Source of the DNA: an uncultured Gammaproteobacteria bacterium | GTDB taxonomy: Bacteria > Patescibacteriota > Microgenomatia > UBA8517 > JACQJR01 | Reading direction: 5' to 3' | DNA: 64,000 nt | NCBI GenBank assembly: GCA_964442455.1 | Contig: CAYTZB010000001.1 | Span: 85,910-149,909 of the forward strand | Part shown: positions 34,701 through 40,571 of the stretch, piece after piece | How the letters are laid out: each line of letters opens with the position of its first letter | Numbering within the stretch: the first letter of the stretch is position 1 | Translations under genes and position numbers: made by a program | The notes under the pieces: generated by a model | Seen by the model: only the letters and a program-made list of their open reading frames with translations | Told to the model about the DNA's origin: nothing | The model's database searches: none

Positions 34701-34951
34701 ATCAGCCAATCAGCAGAATTAGAAATTCTAAAGAAAGACTTGTCAAGACTCGCAGAATTGAGCCTAATCCAAAGTATGTTGACAAAGGAGCTAGTGCAGC
34801 TCTAGAGGAGTACTTATCAACACATCATGGTGATGAAATTAATTTATCAGAGTTTGCGCGCTCTATTGGTATTAGCCGCGAACGCGCAAGCCAACTCTAC
34901 AAGCGGTTAACCAATTCGCAGCTTAAGGAATTAATGACGCGGAGGAAGTAA
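28778..34951 (+). CDS. Giant fusion protein: N-terminal shared module + SNF2-family ATPase + complete primary-type sigma-70 factor + C-terminal array of ~8 HTH-like units
   Basis: SNF2 motifs: SDEPGTGKT (nt ~30563), [11 protein letters not shown] (~30938), [17 protein letters not shown] (~31781). Sigma motifs: region 1.2 [16 protein letters not shown] (~32182), region 2 [49 protein letters not shown], region 4 [13 protein letters not shown]...[17 protein letters not shown]. It is a single uninterrupted ORF. Confidence 0.88.
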   Translation: [2057 protein letters not shown]

Positions 34952-34995
34952 GAAAGTTGCTTTTACGCTTCTTGTAAGCTATACTACACACCGAT

Positions 34996-36351
34996 ATGGC
35001 AATAGAGAAACTTTTTTCAAGAATGAGGCAAGATGCCCTCGATAGCGCTTCTGGCCTTTCTGAAGAGCAAGCACATTTATTGCGTGAGGGAAAGGTAGAA
35101 GATGCTGAACAGAGAATGAACCAGGTGAAAATCGAGATAGCTAAAGCAAAAAAGGTTAATAGGATCGTTGCTGATATGTTGGATATTTTACGTGCAGCAG
35201 GTTTTGAACAACCTCCTGCTGAGTATCTTGAGCAAGTAGTAGCAAGAGAAGTATCAACTCCCGAACCCGTTTATGTAAAAGGGCAAAAATCGGGTCTTTT
35301 TAGTTTCCTCGCTCGATTATTTCCTTCAAAACAAGAACAAATATTTATTCCTGGACGACCCATTTCTCCTCTTAATCTTGTCGAAGAAGTTATGGGATCA
35401 AGACCAGTTGTAGAGGAGACAAGCGAAGAAGTGAAAGAGATTGGAGATATAGATAGAGAAGGAGAGGAAGTGGTAGCGGCAGTACCAACTCCTCCAATTG
35501 AAGCCAAAAGAGTGAGAGGTGATTTTGTGGAGCGCGAAGAAAAATTAGTATACGCAGCTCTTGCTGTTAATCCTAATAGAGATGGATTTCAATTTGAATC
35601 ATGGAGGAGTGTGTGGCGCCAGGCGTTTTCTGATGCCTTCGAGAATATTACCGATGAAAGAGAGCGTGACGATAAAGAAAAAAATTCGCAGATAGCCTCA
35701 TATTCTGCCCGCAGTGCTATTATTGTCAAACTTCAAAGAGTCAAAACTAATGCTCAGGACATTCCCCCTAAAGTAGCGAGTTTTCTTGAATGGGTTAAAA
35801 CTCAACCAGAATACGTTAATCTAAGTGTTGATGATATCTCCCTAATTATACAAAGACAAATAACCTTTGATGAAATTCGTCAAAAGGCAAGCCAAGCAGT
35901 AAATATCTTGCAAATAGAATCGCAACCCACAGAAGAGCAAGCGGTTTCTGGGGAACAAACTGAGTCAGTTCCACAACTGCCCTCGATTCAAGCATCAGAA
36001 AGCAGGGCAACAGAGCCACAAACGCTACAGTTAACAGGGCCAGAGCTTCACTTGCTTGCGCAGAAGTTACTTCAGGCAGCGCCAGCAGTATTAGAAAGAA
36101 CAGGAATAAGAATTCACACTGCAGATAGAGAAGAGATAGGTGGAATTATGGGGCGGCTCGCAAGTTCACCAGAAACTCTTCGTGCAAGCGAAACTTCTCT
36201 TGAAAGTCTCACACAGAAACTTGCTGCATATCTAAAAGACAAAGAAAAAGTATTTATGGAAAATGTCAGCAATGAGGATGCTCAGTATTTGATTACGTTT
36301 GTTGCGGGTATCAGTTCTGAAGACCTATTAAAAGAGTTTTTAAGTAGTTGA
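34996..36351 (+). CDS. Hypothetical acidic 451-aa protein (third gene of the ftsA-ftsZ insert)
   Basis: It has its own TTGCTT-17-TATACT promoter (34957-34985), an N-terminal coiled-coil-like segment and E/Q/S-rich linkers. No family recognised. Confidence 0.6.
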   Translation: MAIEKLFSRMRQDALDSASGLSEEQAHLLREGKVEDAEQRMNQVKIEIAKAKKVNRIVADMLDILRAAGFEQPPAEYLEQVVAREVSTPEPVYVKGQKSGLFSFLARLFPSKQEQIFIPGRPISPLNLVEEVMGSRPVVEETSEEVKEIGDIDREGEEVVAAVPTPPIEAKRVRGDFVEREEKLVYAALAVNPNRDGFQFESWRSVWRQAFSDAFENITDERERDDKEKNSQIASYSARSAIIVKLQRVKTNAQDIPPKVASFLEWVKTQPEYVNLSVDDISLIIQRQITFDEIRQKASQAVNILQIESQPTEEQAVSGEQTESVPQLPSIQASESRATEPQTLQLTGPELHLLAQKLLQAAPAVLERTGIRIHTADREEIGGIMGRLASSPETLRASETSLESLTQKLAAYLKDKEKVFMENVSNEDAQYLITFVAGISSEDLLKEFLSS

Positions 36352-36407
36352 CGCTTCTTTCCTCTCACCCAGAGATTCCCAGATGGCGATACGGCTCACT
36401 CGACCCC

Positions 36408-36436
36408 TTGACAACTCCTGAAAATTTATCCACAAT
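36408..36436 (+). promoter_or_regulatory. Candidate ftsZ promoter
   Basis: TTGACA (36408-36413), a 17-nt spacer, then CACAAT (36431-36436). The predicted ~150-nt 5'UTR contains element E4. Confidence 0.55.
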
Positions 36437-36450
36437 AGGCCACAAGTGAA

Positions 36451-36590
36451 ATTAACCTAATTAACCTAATTGCTCTAATTGATCTAAATTTTGAAGATTT
36501 GTAGTTTAAAAATTGGGATTTATTTAGAAATTAGAATAATTAGAAATAAGCAGAGCTTGTTTCTCGCAAGCTCGAAATTAGAAATTTTTA
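36451..36590. repeat. Imperfect long palindrome of CTAATT / AATTAG phased units (element E4, homolog of E1) plus an internal 7-bp hairpin
   Basis: Left arm: ATTAACCTAATTAACCTAATTGCTCTAATTGATCTAAATT. Right arm: TTTAGAAATTAGAATAATTAGAAAT...GAAATTAGAAATT. The hairpin is GAGCTTG-TTTCTCG-CAAGCTC. Confidence 0.65.
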
Positions 36591-36592
36591 AA

Positions 36593-37720
36593 ATGGCTCT
36601 TGTTAAACCAGATACCACGCGGTTGGCAAAAATTCGAGTAATTGGGGTTGGTGGCGGTGGGGGGAACGCAATTAACTCCATGATCTCCCAAGATAAGATT
36701 TCCGGAGTTGAGTTCATTGCCGTTAATACAGATGCACAAGTCCTTCTCTCAAACCTCGCGTCCACAAAAGTTCAAGTTGGTGAAAAATTGACGCGCGGGT
36801 TGGGTGTTGGGGGAAATCATGAGCTTGGGAAACAAGCAGCGGAGGAATCAAGAGAAAAAATTAAAGAACTGCTTCTTGACTCTGATATGGTATTTATTAC
36901 TGCAGGTATGGGTGGAGGGACTGGAACTGGGGCTGCACCGATTATTGCCGAGGTCGCGCGTGAGGTGGGGGCGTTGACGATTGCTATTGTTACCAAACCT
37001 TTTGCCTTTGAAGGTGCACGGCGCGCAGTAGTAGGAGAAGAGGGAATTGAAGCGCTTAAAGGAAAGGTTGATACGCTCATTATCATTCCCAATCAGCGGT
37101 TGATGGATGTCATTGACCGGAAGGTGACGCTACTTGATGCGTTCCGCCTGGCCGACTCGGTGCTCTCGCAAGGTGTACAAGGAATTTCTGAAATTATCAC
37201 CCAACCGGGACTTATTAACGTTGACTTTGCGGATGTAAAAGCAATTATGACCCAAGCAGGCTCAGCGCTTCTTGGCATTGGTACGGGAGTTGGTGAAGCG
37301 CGGGCACAAATGGCAGCACGGGCAGCAATTTCCTCTCCTCTTCTTGACTTATCAATCGAGGGTGCAAAGGGAGTGTTGTTTAATATCTCGGGTGGCCCGG
37401 ACTTGACTATGGCGGAGGTTGATGAGGCAGCGCGAATTATCGCCGAGCATTCCGATGCAGACGCAAACATTATTTTTGGTGCATCAATTGACCAACGGTT
37501 GTCCGATCAAGTACGTATTACAGTTATTGCGACCGGTTTTGATGAGGCGCGGGCACGACTTGCGCAAATAACCCAAACCGCAGTCAAACCTCAACCAACC
37601 CTTGAGTCGACAGAAGAGACTCGTGGGGAAAACGAGGAGGAAGAAAAGGCAGAAGAACCCAAGGATGATGAGTTTGGAGAACGCTTCGAAATACCAGCGT
37701 TTCTAAGACAGGGCCGCTAG
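36593..37720 (+). CDS. ftsZ: Cell division GTPase FtsZ
   Basis: GVGGGGGNAIN, tubulin signature GGGTGTGAAPIIA, NTDAQ, and the C-terminal conserved peptide FEIPAFLRQGR. ATG 36593 is preferred; the ORF-track TTG 36491 extension runs through the palindromic repeat. Confidence 0.92.
   Translation: MALVKPDTTRLAKIRVIGVGGGGGNAINSMISQDKISGVEFIAVNTDAQVLLSNLASTKVQVGEKLTRGLGVGGNHELGKQAAEESREKIKELLLDSDMVFITAGMGGGTGTGAAPIIAEVAREVGALTIAIVTKPFAFEGARRAVVGEEGIEALKGKVDTLIIIPNQRLMDVIDRKVTLLDAFRLADSVLSQGVQGISEIITQPGLINVDFADVKAIMTQAGSALLGIGTGVGEARAQMAARAAISSPLLDLSIEGAKGVLFNISGGPDLTMAEVDEAARIIAEHSDADANIIFGASIDQRLSDQVRITVIATGFDEARARLAQITQTAVKPQPTLESTEETRGENEEEEKAEEPKDDEFGERFEIPAFLRQGR
37669..37707 (+). repeat. Direct repeat copy 1 (last 39 nt of the ftsZ body before its final 13 nt)
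   Basis: TGAGTTTGGAGAACGCTTCGAAATACCAGCGTTTCTAAG is identical to 40512-40550. Confidence 0.9.
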
Positions 37721-37781
37721 CTTCTAGGATAAAACCTATAATATTTCTTCTACTCTTTAGTTGATATGGTATACTATCGGC

Positions 37782-40514
37782 ATGATTGCAACAACCGAAA
37801 GAGCTATACCAATAGGATTGACTGGCGATATCTCAAAGGATGGAATTCTTTCTCCAGGAACACAAATAGAGCTTGATCGTCTCCAAACTAATGCGGCTGA
37901 TGCTTGCATGGAATATCTAGATAGAATGGCACCAGATGCACCATTTCCTCTAGTTTTTATGGCAACTGGCGTCGGTAAGGGAAAAATTATTCACGAACTG
38001 ATTAAAAGGCAAAAAGCTCGAAAACAAGACTCGAAGATTTTGTTAGTTACAGGTACAAAAATTGTTTTAGTTGATCAGACTGATCAAGCTTTAACTGCTT
38101 ATCAGCAAGAACAAAATGATTTTGATATGGATGAGGATCTTGAACTGGACCAGATGGATTTTGAAAAAGAAGCGTTTGGAGAATACACATTTGATAAGTA
38201 TGGTAATCCGGATGTGGATGTTCAACTGGCAACAATTCAAAGAATTCAAAGGCAGCATAAAGAGGGGAAACTTAATGCGAATGATTTCGATCTACTAATA
38301 GTAGATGAAGTACATAATGTAGGAACCCAGAATAGGTTTAATGCAATTGATAACTTTCAAAGGGTTGTTGGTTTTACTGCTACTCCATATCGCTACACTG
38401 GCCCAATGAAAACACCACAAAGTTATGGATTTGAAATAATTACTTCGCTGTCCCTTCCCGAAGCACAAGAAAGGAAAATTCTTCCGCCTCTTTATGCACT
38501 GCAGATTAATACATCAGAATTACTAAAAGACGAACAAATACCTACCACGAGAACTGGAAAGATCGATTATTCGAAACTCGAGAAAGTTCTCAAGGCACAT
38601 CCGGAATTAAGGGAATTCATTGCGAATAGAGTTGCACCAATTATCAATTTTGAAGGGAGAAGTTATAAAACTGTTGTAACTGTTAACTTTGTGTGGGAAG
38701 CCCTGGAACTTGCCTGGTTATTTAGGGATAAAGGAATTAAGGTTGGTTTAGCAGTTAATCAATATGCCGCAAAGAATATTGATACCAAAGAAATACCAGC
38801 ATTGGACACGATTAGGAGATATAAACTGCCGGAAGGCGATCCAGAAAGCCTCCAGGTTTTAATTTCTCCTTATGTTATTTCGGAAGGTTTTGATGCTCCG
38901 GCAACAGAGATTTTAGTTTGGGCGTCTCCAACTGATTCATATCTGCGATACACGCAATATACTGGACGGCTGGCCAGAAGACATTTTGGTAAAGCTTATG
39001 GACTAGTTGTTGATTGTTTATACCAAACAAGCCAGTATGGTTGGACCTACAACTTTGCAATGTGGATGAAGGGATATGTACAAGAGTTAGAACCTGGACT
39101 TTTATATCTTGGCCCGATGTCAGAAATCAAAGATGTTGAAGTACTTAGACGCATACACGAGATTTCGGATAATATCCATATTCGTGAATTACAAAGGGAA
39201 GGAATACTACCTATTCAAGAAAACGACTTGCCGCTTTCACAAAATTGGATTCGACCTCTTTTCCAGGGAGATTGGCTTAGATTAACTTCTTTAATCGATG
39301 AGATTAAAGAAGAGTATAGAATCACTGGTGAGGAGGTATTTAATCAACTATTCACAACCAGGCTTAGTGGTAATCAACTTGTGCTCGTATGTACAAATAG
39401 AGATATTTTTATTCAACGGCTAATAGACAAAGGTGCTAAACCAAAGGTTGAAAAACCACGAGAGGGAGAGATTCCTTTGACTCAGATTAATCTACCCAAA
39501 CTCTTTGTTGGTAATTTTGAAGATACTTTGAGACCTATGCTTAATTCAATAATGGCGCGTATTAAAAATGAAGATCCAGAGGAATACCAGCGACTCTTTG
39601 CCAAACGAATGCAGGGTAGGGAAATCTATGTTTGCACAAATAAGGATAGACTTATTCAACTTATGGTTGAAGCTGGCGCAAAACTCAGGCCAGGGACTAA
39701 GGTAGCAAAAGAGAAAATGCAAACTAGCGATTTTGCTCTTACAGCAGATAATCTCGGAGAAACTTTTATTACTGGAAGAACAAAGAAGATAAGAGAAGTA
39801 ATAAGGAAAATAAAAGAAAGTTTGCCAGAAGGGGACTCTTTATTTACTTTTAGAGAATACAAGTATGCCGATGTTGAGGTAGTAACTGATTTCGATAGAT
39901 TTGTGCAATTAATGCTACAAACTGGAGTCAAACTCAGACCAAAAAATTTTATTCCAATTCAACCAAATGATATACAATTAAGTAGGGATTTATTAAAAAC
40001 ATTTTTAGGGCAATGGCGTGAAATTTCTACAACAGCGCAGCGAGCTAAAGAAAGACTTGAAAGACAATTCCCCGATGACTGTGATACTCTTTTTGTAGTT
40101 AGGACAACGAGAGTCCAAAATAAACCTCTTTGGATTGATGTATGTACAGACAGGTCTAAATTTATAAAAGCAATGGTAGAGGAAGGAGCTCGATTGAGAG
40201 ATCAGGCAGATATTAACCTTCTACCTATTCAAGAAAATGATATTGTTTTGAGCTTTGAATCTTTCTATTCGATTTCTACTACAAACTGGAGTAAATTAAA
40301 AGTTGTAATTAGACGAATTAAAGATAGGATAAAAGAGGAAATGCCAGAGGAATTCGAAAAGTTATTTGTAAAAAGGAAAAACCGTCGGGGGAAAAGTGAG
40401 GTCTGTACAGATAGAGGTTTATTTATTAAGTGGCTTGAAGAAGAGGGTGTTAAGCTAAGGCAAATTCCGCTAGTTGTGCGACATAGAAGTAGTAACTCTA
40501 ATCGTAACTCTTGA
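37782..40514 (+). CDS. SF2 helicase (ResIII/DEAD-like N-terminal ATPase + helicase-C) with five tandem ~84-aa C-terminal repeats
   Basis: Motif I FMATGVGKGK, motif II LLIVDEVHNV, motif III GFTATP, motif VI QYTGRLARR. TGgTATACT lies 6 nt before ATG 37782. The repeats span nt ~39204-40465. Confidence 0.85.
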   Translation: MIATTERAIPIGLTGDISKDGILSPGTQIELDRLQTNAADACMEYLDRMAPDAPFPLVFMATGVGKGKIIHELIKRQKARKQDSKILLVTGTKIVLVDQTDQALTAYQQEQNDFDMDEDLELDQMDFEKEAFGEYTFDKYGNPDVDVQLATIQRIQRQHKEGKLNANDFDLLIVDEVHNVGTQNRFNAIDNFQRVVGFTATPYRYTGPMKTPQSYGFEIITSLSLPEAQERKILPPLYALQINTSELLKDEQIPTTRTGKIDYSKLEKVLKAHPELREFIANRVAPIINFEGRSYKTVVTVNFVWEALELAWLFRDKGIKVGLAVNQYAAKNIDTKEIPALDTIRRYKLPEGDPESLQVLISPYVISEGFDAPATEILVWASPTDSYLRYTQYTGRLARRHFGKAYGLVVDCLYQTSQYGWTYNFAMWMKGYVQELEPGLLYLGPMSEIKDVEVLRRIHEISDNIHIRELQREGILPIQENDLPLSQNWIRPLFQGDWLRLTSLIDEIKEEYRITGEEVFNQLFTTRLSGNQLVLVCTNRDIFIQRLIDKGAKPKVEKPREGEIPLTQINLPKLFVGNFEDTLRPMLNSIMARIKNEDPEEYQRLFAKRMQGREIYVCTNKDRLIQLMVEAGAKLRPGTKVAKEKMQTSDFALTADNLGETFITGRTKKIREVIRKIKESLPEGDSLFTFREYKYADVEVVTDFDRFVQLMLQTGVKLRPKNFIPIQPNDIQLSRDLLKTFLGQWREISTTAQRAKERLERQFPDDCDTLFVVRTTRVQNKPLWIDVCTDRSKFIKAMVEEGARLRDQADINLLPIQENDIVLSFESFYSISTTNWSKLKVVIRRIKDRIKEEMPEEFEKLFVKRKNRRGKSEVCTDRGLFIKWLEEEGVKLRQIPLVVRHRSSNSNRNS

Positions 40515-40563
40515 GTTTGGAGAACGCTTCGAAATACCAGCGTTTCTAAGGCAAGGAAGATGA
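40512..40563 (+). pseudogene. Orphan duplicate of the ftsZ 3' end (encodes EFGERFEIPAFLRQGR-stop)
   Basis: 39 nt are identical to 37669-37707. The next 13 nt differ from the ftsZ tail at 7 positions, yet both tails translate to RQGR-stop. It is not in frame with the helicase ORF. Confidence 0.8.
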
Positions 40564-40571
40564 GGGTAACA

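Noticed and set aside
36491-36592. ORF-track N-terminal extension of FtsZ (TTG start, 34 extra residues MKICSLKIGIYLEIRIIRNK...).
   Set aside because: The extension is the palindromic CTAATT/AATTAG repeat read in frame. The canonical FtsZ N-terminus begins at ATG 36593 (MALVKPDTTRLAKIRVIGVGGGG).
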